Source: Vicugna vicugna (lineage: Eukaryota). From it: a stretch of 64,000 nt of DNA. Positions 12,575-25,685 of this stretch are shown here, one piece after another (the stretch's first letter is position 1; the number at the start of each line of letters is the position of its first letter). A model generated the notes under the pieces. That model was given only the letters and a program-made list of their open reading frames with translations. It was not told where the DNA came from and made no database searches. The position numbers were made by a program, and so were the translations under genes. The stretch covers positions 1,834,616 to 1,898,615 of the forward strand of contig MU058584.1 in NCBI GenBank assembly GCA_013265495.1. Reading direction: 5' to 3'.

Positions 12575-12776
12575 AAAAAAAAAACCCAAAAAATATACCT
12601 TAATTTGTTATGAGAGGATGAAAATTGATTTTGGAGGAGTAGATTTAAAAATTAAGGACATATTTTATTAAATGGGCCCAGGAGGAACCAAGAAATCTTC
12701 CCACCAATATGCACTGACAGCAATGCCACCCCTCCATGTGCTTCAGACCTGGGCTAGGTCTTCCCCCCAGGGACTT

Positions 12777-12855
12777 CTGTTCACTGTTATTTCCCCAGCA
12801 CCTGCAGCAATGCCTGGCACAAAGTCACACAAATATTGTTTAATGAATGAATAAA
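12777..12855 (+). mobile_element. L2 3' end fragment
   Basis: tgttcactgttatttccccagcacctgcagcaatgcctggcaca...aaatattgtttaatgaatgaat. Confidence 0.8.
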
Positions 12856-13234
12856 AGGAGGATTCCTGCCCATCTCAGGTTTTTTCAAACGAGCACAATG
12901 TGCTCTGAACCAGGCTGCTACTTAGTACTTACTACTGCAATGCACCGAGCATCTGAACAACAGTAACCAGTAATGCTCCTTAGGTCTTTCTTGGCTGTTG
13001 GTTTAACGGTATCATTCCTGCTGACGAATGATTTTTTTCATTATAAATGACTGTTTCAAAGTCCTGCACCAAGTGTTTCTCTACCATCTACACCTTCTGT
13101 CTTTTTTGCTCTTTTAAAGTTTAATCTTGCCTGAGATTTTTTTTTAACATACAGATTTTCTGCTTGTCCTCAGCCTTTCACATGTAAACTGGAATGTTTT
13201 CATTATTTGTTATTTATGATATCTCGGTTTGATA

Positions 13235-13536
13235 AAGAATGTGTAAAGACAACATGGACGTTTTTTGTACTATTCTTGTAGCTTTTTTAAATAACGTCTT
13301 AATTTAACTCCTGGTGTTCTGAAATTTCATGATGCTGTGCCTTGGTACTATTTGAATGACTTCTGCTATAAAATTAAATAAAATAAAAAATGTGCAGTTT
13401 TGATAAGATACCTGTTTTAATCAAATGGATAACTTTAATACATAAAAATAGAATCTTACTTCTGTACCATTTCAGTATTACCTGATTCTATGCTGATTTA
13501 AAAAAAAAAAAAACAAGTGTTTACTTTCCTTTTAAA
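13235..13536 (+). repeat. Direct duplication, copy 2 (~302 bp)
   Basis: Near-identical to 12273-12574. Confidence 0.97.
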
Positions 13537-13829
13537 TGGACAGAATCCCCACTATGTCATGTCGTCCTCCAGCATCTTTCACAGAATTAGAGGCTGAGCT
13601 ATTAAAGCAAACAAGACATTTTACTACAGATGGATTGTTCAGGAGGGCAATAGGAGCCCATATACACGACATTTGTCTGGAACTCCAAATATAAGTTTCA
13701 AAAAGATTATTCTAGAAAATCCACTTTGATACAGTAGCTCTAGCCCATCCCATAGTGGGTTCTTTATGAATCATTCAAAGTCAAGTTTCCAAAACATCCT
13801 CCCTCAGTCTCTATTCCAATCATGCATGT

Positions 13830-13950
13830 GTTTGTCTTTTCTACTACAATGAGGTTTTCTTGGGACCACCTGCTTCTTTCATCACTATGTTTTCAGAGCC
13901 CATAGTGATGTCTCAGAAATTACAGGCATTAAATAAATGTTGAGTTAACA
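13830..13950 (+). mobile_element. L2 3' end fragment
   Basis: ttcatcactatgttttcagagcccatagtgatgtctcag...aggcattaaataaatgttgagttaa. Confidence 0.6.
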
Positions 13951-14046
13951 TTTCTTGCATACTGCTTGGTAAATGGCTCCTACAAGAATCCTAAGAAATT
14001 TGATGTGGAATTGCCTGTGAAAAATCACTCTACTCAACTCATTATC

Positions 14047-15873
14047 CCTTTTTTTCTTAATTTCTTTCTTTGATTTTTATTTTTTAATTGAAGTATATAG
14101 TTTGATTTACAATACTGTAGTAGCTTCAAGTGAACAGTATAGTGATTCAGTATTTTTACAGGTTATAATCCATTAAAAGTTATTGCAGGATATTGCTATA
14201 ATTCTCTGTGCTATACAGTGTATCTTTTTATACTTTTTATGCATTATAGTTTGTATCTCTTAATCTCATATACTTAATTTGCTGTCCCCCATTCCCTCTC
14301 CCTTTTGTTCTCTTTACCTGTGAGTCTGTTTCTGTTTTGCATTTACATTCATTTCTATTATTTTTTTAGATTCCACATATAAGTGATATCATACAGTATT
14401 TGTTTTTCTCTGTCTGACATTTCATTTATTTCACTTGGATTGACTCCAAGTCCATCCAAGATGCTGCAAATGGCAGAATTTCATTCTTTTTATATCTGAA
14501 TAATATTCCATTGTGTATGCATACCACATTTTCTTTAGCCATTCATCTACTGATCGGTATTTGGGTTGCTTCCATATCTTGGCTATTATAAATGGTGCTG
14601 CTATGAACACTGGGGTGCATGTATCTCTCTGAATTAGTGTTTACATTTTTTTCCAAATATATACCAAGGAGTGGAATTGCTGGATCATATGGTATTTTAT
14701 TTTTATGTTTCTGAGGAACTTTCATAGTTTTCCATAGTGACTGCACCAATTTACATTCTCACCAATGGTGTACAAGGGTTCCCTTTCCTTTCAAATCCTC
14801 TCCAGCATTTGTGATTTGTAGACAGTTTGATGATAGCCATTCTGACAGGTGTGAAGTAATAAATCATTGTTGTTTAGATTTGCATTTCTCTAATAATTAG
14901 CAATGTTGCGCATCTTTTCATCTGCCTATTAGCCATCTATATGGCTTTGGAAAAATGTCTATTCAAATCTTCTGACATTTTTTTGATTGGGTTATTTGGG
15001 GTTTTTATATATTGAGTATTATGAATGGTTTATATATTTTAAATACTAACCCCTAGTCAGTCATATCATTTGCAAATATTTTCTCCCATTCTGTAGGTTG
15101 TCCTTTTGCTTTGTCAGTGGTTTCCTTTGCTGTGCAAAAGCTTTTAAGTTTAATTAGGTCCCATTTATTCATGTTTTCTTTTATTTCTTCTGGTTTAGGA
15201 GACAGATATAAAAATATCTTGCTACAATTTACGTCAAAGAGTGTTTTGTCTATGTTCTCTCCTAGGAGTTTTATGGTTTCAAGTCTTACATGTAGATCTT
15301 TAATCCATTTTGAGTGTATTTTTGTATATGGTGTGAGATAATGTCCTCATCTCATTGTTTTACACTTAGCTGTCCAGTCTTCTCAGCACCGTGTGTTGAA
15401 GAGATTGTCTTTTCTCCATTGTTCATTCTTGCCTCCTTTAGCATATATTCATTGACCATAGTGTGTGGGCTTATTCCTGGACTTTCTAATCTGTTCCATT
15501 GATCTATGTGTCTGGTTTTGTGCCAGTGCCATGCTGTTTTGATTACTGTAGCTTTGCAGTATAGTCTGAAGTCTAGAAAGGTGATACCTATAGCTTTGTT
15601 CTTTTTTTCTCAAGATTGCTTTGGCTATTCTGGATCTTTTGGGGTCCCACATAAATTTTAGGATTATTTGTTCCAGTTCTGTGAAAAATGTCATGGGTTT
15701 TTTGATAGGGACTGCATTAAATCTGTAGATTGCTTTGGGTAGTATAACCATTTTAACATTGAAGATAATTGAATTCTCTTCAGTTTCCTTCATCAATGTT
15801 TTATAGTTTTCAGAATATAGGTCTTTATTTCTTCGGTTAAATTTATTCCTAGGTATTTCATTGCATTTTGATA
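14047..15873 (-). mobile_element. 5'-truncated L1 (ORF2 3' remnant + 3' UTR + polyA), inactive
   Basis: Minus-strand ORF fragments match L1 ORF2 ([18 protein letters not shown]...[22 protein letters not shown]...PYDPAIPLLGIY). T-rich tail at the left end; degenerate TSD caactcattatc (14035) / cagctcattttc (15874). Frameshifts, stops and internal deletions are present. Confidence 0.95.
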
Positions 15874-16569
15874 CAGCTCATTTTCTTTTACTACTTCCTT
15901 GTTAGAAACAAACTTGGTTCCTTAGGGACATTAGACTATTAATCCATTGGAGAATTTACATTTTAAAGCGTATCCAGATGTACTGATTCAATTGTTTCTG
16001 TTCCTTTTTTTTTTTTTTTTTTTCACCTGGTGGGTTTTGTTAACTCCATACAGCCTATTGAAATAATCAGAAAGATGCTCTCATTCAGTTGTTTAAAAGA
16101 ATAGAAACACAGAGCAGACTATCTCTTCCCCACGGAGATTTTCATCAAGTAGATATGACCAGAGACTATCAAAAGCTGGTAGACAGATTCCTGCAGATAG
16201 CAGCTCTGTTTTGTGTGGGACGGATACCTCTGGCTGTGTCTCTTTTCCCTACGTTGCTAACAAAGGTATTTTGCTCCACTTTATGGAGTTTAAGTATCAT
16301 ACACTTAATAGCAGTTAGTGATGTCAGTGCTCTTCGGCATAGTAAATCTCTAGTGTGAGATAATCTTGGTTAATGATCAGCATAAAGCAGAGAGAGGTCA
16401 TTTTTTTAACGTTGCCATAAAGCCTGCATTCGCTATGATAGAGTTGGAAGGAGGCAATCCCATTAACCTTTGTATTGTATTGATAAAATTATACACCCTC
16501 CTGAATATCAAAGGCGGTGATGCCGCTGCAAGTCTTTACCTTTTTAACCATTCTCCAGTAAGCTCCAGA

Positions 16570-16680
16570 ACTAGCCCAGTGGCATACAGTGTGGCCTCAA
16601 GCAACCTAAACCCAATTTTGTCCTTTACCTAGGAATGTGACCTTGGGCAAGTCTTAAACTCTTAAAGGCTCAATTTCTTT
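16570..16680 (+). mobile_element. MIR fragment
   Basis: tgtgaccttgggcaagtcttaaactcttaaaggctcaatttct matches the MIR core. Confidence 0.7.
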
Positions 16681-17829
16681 TTTCATATTTTTTCTTCTTT
16701 CTAAATCCAATATATGTGGGCCTTTATATATGTTTTACACATTTTTTTTAGCAATTAGCCAGTGTGACTTTTGTAGAAAGAAAACAAGCATTTCTTACAG
16801 CATTTCTTACAGCATATCTAAAATGTTTTAAAAAGCATTTCTTCAAAAAAGCATTCCTTTATGTAATTTTATATAAAGAAAAAAAAGCATCTGTATATGT
16901 GAGGAAGTGGCTTTTTATAATCCACTATTTCCTACTTAACCTCATTGAACCAGTGGATGAATTGACTAAGAAAAAGAATATGAAAATCCTTCATAAATGT
17001 GAGTTGTTATTATTATCACTCTACACACAACAAATTGAAGGCTTTCCCTTAAACTCTTGAAGACATTGTGCATGGATGTTATAGGGCAACATAAGAGGTA
17101 GCGTGGGAGGGACAGAATTGCTCTCTTTGGCGATCTGTTGCCTAATGCAAGGTGACGTGGAGTAATGGCAAAGAAGTTTTCCCAGGGCATACAAAGAGAT
17201 TTAAAGGAAGTGGCAGCTTGGATCTCCCTGCAAGGTACACCGCAGGTTAGGCAATGCCATTTTGCTGTCACCTAGGAAACGAGAGGTGACTGCCCTGTTG
17301 ACCTATACAAGGATGCTCTGGCTCAGGTAGCATCCCTGGATCTTAAGATGTGGAAGAGCCTCTCAGTCTGAGTCCTCAGGTCCACCTCCAACCTAAGTCT
17401 AAGAGAATTTTCACATGGCACAGAGGATATTAAAGCAAAGTTATAGTTCAGAAACCTTAAAGGTTACAATGCCTACAGGAAAAAAAAAAAGTGGAAAGGA
17501 GAAATGAGGTCAATTAGCAGAAACCCCGCTACCTAAGTGGCATGCCTATAAATTGCCTCAAAGGTGGCCATGCACTTGAAATGCTTTCATGGTATAGGTT
17601 AATTCTTCCTCTTAGTAATTAAAGGGAGTGGTGACAATAGCGCTATATCCTAGGTCACATTCCCCACTATCGGAATTCATTAATTCTCTGAATTAATTAA
17701 CGCGGGGGTCATTTTAACTATATTTAACCCCTCTTTCAAGACTCATTTTACGACCTATCATGTTAGCGAAGGCTTCTCTGACTATTCCAGATCTCAGTGA
17801 CAACCTGCTTCTTTCTTACGGTTCCTATG

Positions 17830-18010
17830 ATCTGAAGCACACAATTTAGCCTTTATTCTAAACTGCCTCTTATTATTTCTTCTCTCCCCAATTAGAGCAT
17901 AAATTCTTTGGGGGCTTGAATTCTGTTTTACACTTCTTTTATTATCCTACCACAGCCCCAGGCATGATTCTGAAAATAGAGCTTAATAAATACTTGTTGA
18001 TTAATGAATA
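17830..18010 (+). mobile_element. L2 3' end fragment
   Basis: ctccccaattagagcataaattctttgggggc...cacagccccaggcatg...gcttaataaatacttgttgattaatgaat. Confidence 0.75.
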
Positions 18011-20719
18011 CTTCTTGAGTTGCCTTTAAGGCACCATTCACACTTTCTTTCACCTTAGGGTAAGGGCAATTTTTCTGCTTCGGGAAATATGCCAAGATCC
18101 TCTAACTCTCTTTACCTTCTTTTTTTCCCCCCTTTTCTTTAATATGTAAAAGCAAATTTTTGCAGAGAAAAGAGGAATCTGATAATATGGCAACATTCAA
18201 GAATACCAATTTCTTTTCCCCAAGAAAATTTTTTTCTCTGGCTCATTAGGTATGCAAGTAAGTTTATAGAATTGTCATCAAGACACAGCAGTTCCCTCAA
18301 TTATCTGCTCCGTCTCAGCTTCCATAACCAGAGCAGAGATGCGAGGTGGAACTAACCAGAGTATTTGCCTACACCGAAAGAAACAGGTTGCTCATGTGCA
18401 CACTGGATCAGTACCCCATCACAACGTGACACTGGTCTTGAGACTTCCTACTATTCCCATCTCTAACTCTGTTGCAAACTCTGAGGGGAAAAGAAAAGAA
18501 AAAAAAAAAAAAAAACTTCTAGCAGCAATTGGCAAATTCCGCTAGAGTGGTTCCCTCCTGGCTCTGCTAATTGATCGCTGGCTGTGTTCAGGTCCTATCT
18601 AAGATCAAGAACTAAGGTATTTCACAGCTAAGGTCAAGAAGTGGGCAGCACAGACAACTGGCCATCAGGGAAACTCACGAATACGTTCAGGAGGAGAGGA
18701 GTCATCCACACAGTTTCTTGCTCTAACAGAGAGACTCTAATTACAGCAAAATGACCAGTCAAAACAGAGGTGGCTAGTCCCTTCTCTGGAACCTATGTTT
18801 TAAATTCATCTTTACTTAGAAACTGACAAGCTGGACATCAGATAAATATTAGTGCACAGAGAGTGTGGAGAGAAAAATGAGAAGATAATTTCTGGTTTTA
18901 CTGTAAAGGACTTCTTACAGGAACCAGGGCACAAAAAAGCAGAAGGAGGTTCTGTAGAACCATGTGTCTACGAGAAAGAAGGATGTTTACGCTGATACTT
19001 TGATAGACCTTACGATTCTAGACTGTAGATCAACTTCCTTTGTGAAATATTTTGAGGGTAATGGGAAAATTAAAAAAGAAAAAGACTTTCCTCTGACTTA
19101 AGAAAAGGGTAGAGGGAAAAGATGGTGCATTAGAAGCATCTCACATGTATATTTAAAGCTTCCTTTATTCATCAAAATTTTCCACAGACGTAATGACATC
19201 AACAGAATTAGCATCTTGGGCATCTTCACAAATACTTCCTCTAAATAATTTAGCCACTGGTCACCAATCAGGTGGAAGATTGGAGTCTGACCTTGACAAG
19301 TGTACAAAATCAAGTGTGTCCTTTGTGCCACCTTTCAGATGCAGAAGACAGTAATAGAGTCTGGGTATCCACGTTTGGACAAAGGCAAGATACCCACATC
19401 CAGCTATGCACTGTCTCCTCCTGGCTAACATGATACCACGCTCCTCCTTTCTGCAGAAGAGAGACCACCGTTTTACCACAGCTTTCTTTGGTACTGGATT
19501 TTATCGTGACTCCAACGATAGGATGACTACAGACACTCTGAAACCTTTAGAATGGCTAGTGTTATTAACCAAAGTAACAAAGGAGGCTTCCCATGCTCTA
19601 GCCTGAGTGTCTGAGTGTTGCTCACCTGAGTTATGTATAGAACACGAGAAGCAAGAGAGAGTCACAAAGGCAGGAATGCCACTGAGCTGTCAGAGCATGG
19701 CAATGCCACGCTCTGGTTAATTATGAGATGTCACTGCACAGGCAGTTCTGGCCACAAGTCCGCTTTGTGTATGTTCTAGGGGCTCCCTTTCAGCAAGAGG
19801 AACATGCTAGTAACGTTTAAGATGAAAGTAAACGCGGTGCTGACAAAGTTGGGCGAATTCAGGGTGGCATTGATTGATGACGTCGCAGGATGCAGCCAGA
19901 CATGGGAAGACTACGTGGAGCATGTAAAACAAGGATGTGGGTAGCTTTTACAAACAAGCCTGACAGTGAGGCCAAGGCATGTCAGCCTGGCGGCTGAGGT
20001 GACGTATTTAGAACACAAAGAGGAGAATCAAACGGCCACCGCTGTGGGTGATGGCGGCCTGCTCTAGTTCTCAATGGGCCGTTTCATGAGGCGATGCTGG
20101 ACAAAGATGACTGGACATCACTGACTAATTGCTAGGGGTTTATGATTCCTCCATTCAAATGCCATTTCCCTAACGCATGGAGACTGCCCAAGAGGGCAAC
20201 CAGGTAGGAAAATTTCAGTCGCTTTTCCTTAATCATATAAGGTATGTTTCTGGACTAATGAAATTGAAGATGTACGTCACGATTGTGCGTTATCCTGCGT
20301 GCAGGAGGGTGGAATCCCAGACTCTCTCAGCTGGTAATTACTCGCTGTACACATGTCGGTTTCCAACAAGGGTAGGTTCAGGAGAAGGAGGTCACACCAT
20401 GGACAACTGTCCTGTTTCCATCAGTAGAACCGTGTAACAGAGCAGACAAGCTTTCTACTGTCTTCCTGATCGGCTACTTTTCATAAAAAGTCTAACTTTA
20501 GAGCCAGAATGGGGTCAGCAACCCAGCAGCCCAGAAATCATCTCCAGTTCAAATGAAATTAGCCAGTTTCTAAAAGATTTTTCTGGCATAGTGTGCACTG
20601 CAAGTCTCTGTTCTCCTGGGGGGAAAGGATGACCTCACATCTTCTCATTATTCTTTCTTACCCTTAAGGTATTTCTTGTCATCTATTATCATATAAGCCC
20701 TGTGTTGTTAGTTACCCTT

Positions 20720-20860
20720 CATGTGCACATCTTATTGCCCCAACTACATTATCCAGCCCTTAAGGGCAAAGCCTGATTCTTCCACTTCTTGGAACCTGCT
20801 ATAGCATGCAACCCGGTGTCGTGCATACAGTTTGTATCAATAAAAGTTTGTTAATTTATT
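20720..20860 (+). mobile_element. L2 3' end fragment
   Basis: ccccaactacattatccagcccttaagggcaaag...tcaataaaagtttgttaatt. Confidence 0.55.
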
Positions 20861-20982
20861 GAGCTGTGGGCAGCTGTGTTCAGTTCCTCTGTGAAGCATT
20901 TGTCTTTATATATATTCTATCTTAGTGAGTCAAATAATATTGCAAGTTGCTGTGACTGCCAGAATTTCTCCATCTGATGAAC

Positions 20983-21218
20983 GGCAGGATAATGTACTGG
21001 CTAAGAGAATTCATGAGCTTCGGAGAAAAATGCATCTGAATTTTAAGTCCAGTTCTGCCATTTCCTCTATCTGTGATCTTAGCCTCTCTGAACCTCAGTC
21101 TACTTACCTATAAAATGCATATAGCAAACGTTATCTCATAGGAGAACTGTGAGCATTAAGTCAAATAACTATGGTACAGTGCTTGGCACAGAGTAGACAC
21201 TCAATAAATGGTAGTTAG
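20983..21218 (+). mobile_element. MIR SINE, near full length
   Basis: tccagttctgccatttcc...ctctctgaacctcagtctacttacctataaaatg...cagtgcttggcacagagtagacactcaataaatggtagtta. Confidence 0.9.
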
Positions 21219-22044
21219 CATGGTGTGGCTTTGCAATACTTGCTTTTACTCTTACACTCGTTGCTCAAATATTATTCAGGTTAGTGGACCCACTGTTGTC
21301 ATCACTTCCTTTTACAGGGTTAGGCAACAGTGATTTTAAGGGCTTGCTTCTCCCTTTGTGCGGAAGGCAAATGAGATCGGTTACATAGCCTTGTGCGGGG
21401 CAAAGGTGGTATAAACAGGATACAAGTGGTGATTTGTGAATGGTTATGACACTTTGCCTGAGGCGAATCCTCCAAGCTGAATTTGCAGGCTTTTTGCTCA
21501 ATGGGAGAGAAAATATACTGCAGGTGACAAGTCAATTAAAACTCAGCCATCTCCAAGAAAACAACCTCGTGGCATACACAACACAAAGAAATAAAAATGT
21601 GAAACATAAAGCTCAATTTTGACTTTGTTCAATGTGCTTAGCCTACAATCTAGAAGTTTAATCTCTGGCCTCAGCTCCTGAGCTATTATTTCTGCCTGAA
21701 ATGACTCTTTATCAACTTCATAATCATGAAAAATTCATAACTCTGAGCATAAGATGTTTCTATTTAGTGAGAAAGCTAGACTGGTATCTAGGCCTTAAGT
21801 TTGCTGTGCACCAATTTCTAAGATTTAAAAGGTCCTAAAGGCTCACATTTGGGCAGAGTATGTTTTTATTTTCTGCTTTGCTAGAACTCTCAGATCACTG
21901 GGAGTCAAAGAAACATGTACCCATTTATCTAACAGGTTCCAAGACCATGGGGTCCATTCCCCGCATCTGTTGGTGAGCCTTCAGGATAACTGCCCTCAAA
22001 AGACACCAAAGGAGAGAAGTTGGCTCCTAGATAAGGAGGAGTGA

Positions 22045-22205
22045 CTGCTGGACTCGGAGGCAGAGGACTTGGTCTCGGCGCCCTGCACTGCTTCTAATTA
22101 TTGAGAGTCCTTCAGACTCTCATCAGGCCTCTAAGTGCCAACTTTTCCTATAAGCGAGAAGATAAGATGAGATGCTCACTAAGGTCCCGTGCTCTGAAAC
22201 TCTGT
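22045..22205 (+). mobile_element. MIR3-like fragment
   Basis: tggactcggaggcagaggacttgg...ctctaagtgccaacttttcctataag...ctaaggtcccgtgctctgaaactct. Confidence 0.55.
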
Positions 22206-24869
22206 GGCCTAACAATGGTCTCTGTCACATTCCAACTCCTTCAAACAATCCTTCCATCGACTTTCACAGTCGTTATCTGCATTCATCCAGCCGCCACTCC
22301 TATCAGCCTTCTTCACGTCGCAGTGGGAGGTAGGCAGCTGGGCCAGGGGGCAAAGACATCCCTTTTCATCATCTTTCCTTTCCTGTAACCTGACAGCAAG
22401 AAGTAATCAGAGCTGCAGAGCAGTGCCCAGAGTCAACAGGACACACAGCCCTGTGTGCGTTCCCGCGTTGTCACAGCGCCTGATGAAACTGACACTAGGC
22501 ACAGGGCGCCTGTGTTTCACATAGTATCTTCTGGGGATTATGGTAAAGTTTGTTTGAGTTTCAAGAGAGATGCATTCAAGCTGCCTCCAGACATAACTGG
22601 TTTGGGCTTTTATTTTAATGCAAAGATACAGAGACCTCATAGAAATCCAAGACCTTGCCATCCGACCTCACAGGAATCACAGTAGGAAGCTGGAAAGCTT
22701 TTAGGAGGCAAAGGAACACATTCTCTGGTCCTCCGGCGTCTCTCCATCTCCTGGTAGCTTTTCTTTCTGAACATTTATGCTGTTCTTTCTACATAGAGCA
22801 TCCGCTGCCTCATGAGTTTGATTTAAACATGTTTTCCATTTGCTTTAGTCCTAATTGTATCTCCCATCTCTCAATATCTCCATTCATCTTCTGGCCCCAC
22901 CACTGACTACCTTTTACTTTTGGTTTTTTTAATTGCAAGAGAAATTGCACTGGACAGCCACATCTTTTTTAAAGCCAAGCCACACAGGAAATGCATGGCT
23001 GGCCAAACCCTGGCTAGACAGCCCAGAATCTAGTGCCCTCTCCTGGACCAATTTAATTGGACCAATTTTTAAAGCTAGTTACTACCTATCTGAATGACTG
23101 TGCATGAAGCAGATCTCCTCAGATCGGGGTGCAGGTAGGCACACATGTGAAGTTCACCAGACGGTCCCTGAGAGTCCCTGTCTTGCATCAGCCTTTTGGA
23201 AATACCCTGCAGGACTTTGCAGAGTAGACTTCTCTGAAAACTAGCTCCATGAGTCCAGAACCAAGCTTGTGTATGTACTTTTAATATCTTTCCCTAGGAG
23301 GGGGGAGGAAAAAAAAAAGGCTGAAGTGATACACAATCTAGCAGTCATTTCCTGGGTAACCTATGTGCATGGTCAAGCAAATATATACACAACACATGGT
23401 TATCATTTACCTCTAAAATCATTAAGTTCACCATTCCTCTCTTATTATCTTAAAATGGGTTTTAATTATTTACCTCCAAGGATTCTTTTGAAAGACACCT
23501 AACAAAACATTGTAAAGCTGCTTAATAAATGCAGTTGCATGTTAGTATAGCAGCATTTTCTTATTAATATTACAAATAAAATTATTTTAAACCTCTTATA
23601 CCTGATTTTTTTTATGTCCAAGGAGGTTTGGTTGAGAAACTGACACCTCCTTTTGAGAAATGTGATCTTTTTACACCACACAAGGGTTTTCATAAAACCT
23701 CAGCTACAACTCTATAATTTGTTTTACACCATCAGCTCCCACATCATTCCTATATTATTATGAAATCCAAGCGACAACACTATAAATTTTAAGACATGGA
23801 CTTTGAAACCCTCAACTTTCCATTCATCAGGGCTTCAAGCATTTTAAGAAACCCATCGGAACTGGCAGGAAAGAGAGATGAAAACAGAGGAGAATTCAGG
23901 CTTTTTTTTTTTTCTTATTTATTTTTCCTAGAAAAGGAAAAAGACATCTTTGCAGGAAGGGTGTATGAAAGGAAGACAGACAAATGAAGACAGAGGGGAA
24001 ATTTATTATCTGGCCCTGCAAATCCTCCCAAATATTCTAAGTCTTATTCTCAATGTTAAAATTTAAAGTCTATATAGTTTTAGAAAATGTTCTCAGGGAA
24101 ATATAAAATCTCCCAAGTAGATTCAGGAAAATCTTAAGGGATTTTTCTGCCAAAATATCTGAAGTAGCAAAACCCTTCAGACTCACTTGGGCTGATAGCC
24201 ACTTGGGTACCAGAGTTTCCTCCAGCTCTCGGGATTTCTGGCAGGCTGTCTGCCGATGTCTGTCGAAGGCACTTCAGCCGGTCATCGTGGAGGGGCAGCC
24301 CAGGATTGGCCCAGCCATCTTGAGGCTTTTCCAGAGAATCAAGATGGCCCAGGATTTATTTTGTTTTGTTTTAATATAAAGCATTTACAGAAAATCCTGA
24401 TAAATAAACATGAAATGCAAAACACTTGATTGCTTCTTTTGAGAAGACAGAAAAAATTGTCAAGATGACATCAGCCGTTTCACCTGTTCAAAGGGCCAGT
24501 GTTCCAAAGCAATTTTTTGAAGCCTCCCGATCTACCCAATCTTCTCAACCTTCTGTGTTTATCATTACCCCATAATTTAATTCATGTTCAGAATTATCTC
24601 ACTGAGAAATATCCTGTCCTCAGAAATCCAAGAAAGATGTAATTAAGCTTGCTGCACTCCCAATTATAGTAGGGACAACTTTTATTACCATGCTATTAGT
24701 TAGAGCTTATAAGCTCTCAAGAGACTTGAATTACCCATGTCTGTGCAGCCAGCTGCCTATAACATAGGCTGCTTATCCAGTGAAGAAAGTAGTCAGCTTT
24801 TCAACTCAATGTCCCTCATTTTCTAAATAAGAAGAATATTATACATATGTCTAACTCTGTTTTAAAAGT

Positions 24870-25685
24870 TAACACTTTAACCAAAGAGGTAAAGACTTAT
24901 ACACAGAAAAACTACAAAACTAAAGGAAATTGAAGAAGACCTTCATAAATGGACAGATCCCCTATGTTCATGGATAGGAAGACTTAATACTGCTAAACTG
25001 TTAATGCCACGGAAGGTGGTTTACAGATTAAATGGAATCTCTACCAAAATTCCAACAATCTTTTTTTGCAGAGATGGAAAAGCCAAGCTGCAAATTCATA
25101 CGGAGTTGCAAGGGGCTGCAAAAAACTAAGACAGTATTTAAAAAGAAAAACAACTTTAGAAGATTCACATTTCTCAATTTCACAATTTTCTACAAAGCTA
25201 ACATAAACAAGAGTGTATAATAGCGTAAGGATGGACATAAAGACCAGTGGAATGGAACTGACAGTCCGGATAGAAACTCATACATCTATAGCCAGTTGAT
25301 TTTTGACAAGAATGACAAATCCATTCAATGGGGAAAAAAGAGCCTCTTCAGCTATAACATGAATGAACCCTGAAAACATTTGCTGAGTGAAATAAACCAG
25401 ACCCAACAGGACAGGTATGATATGAATTTACTTCCATGAGGTATCTAAAATAGGCAAATTCATGGGGACAGAAAGTGGATTAAAGTTTACTGGAGATTGT
25501 GGGGATGGGAGATCGGGAAGTTAATGGTTACAGTTTCTGCCTGGGATAATAAAAGTTTTAAAGATAGATGGTCATGATCATTGCACAGCATCGTGAATAT
25601 AATTAATATCACCAGAATGTGCACTTAAAGATGGTTAAAATGAAAAGATTTACGTTATATACATTTTGCCACAATAAAAAAAAGC
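24870..25685 (+). mobile_element. L1MB-type fragment (ORF2 remnant joined by an internal deletion to the 3' UTR)
   Basis: ORF2-like ccctatgttcatggataggaagacttaatactgctaaa...FFAEMEK; junction near 25350 to aacatgaatgaaccctgaaaacatt; ends cacttaaagatggttaaaatg...ttgccacaataaaaaaaa. Confidence 0.9.

Noticed and set aside
12273..13536. LTR retroelement or composite transposon (two long direct repeats)
   Set aside because: The repeats lack TG...CA termini, PBS/PPT and a TSD, and begin inside an ancient L1; the spacer has no retroviral content
14543..15796. ORFs of 62-115 aa, including reverse-transcriptase-element-like peptides
   Set aside because: Broken remnants of L1 ORF2 and their antisense frames, with frameshifts and stops; not a host gene or an active element
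19383..19410. miR-31-like start AGGCAAGAT
   Set aside because: The match stops after 9 nt and I see no supporting precursor hairpin
19826..19845. REST/RE1 site (GCGGTGCTGA)
   Set aside because: Only one half-site matches; the GCTGTCC half is absent
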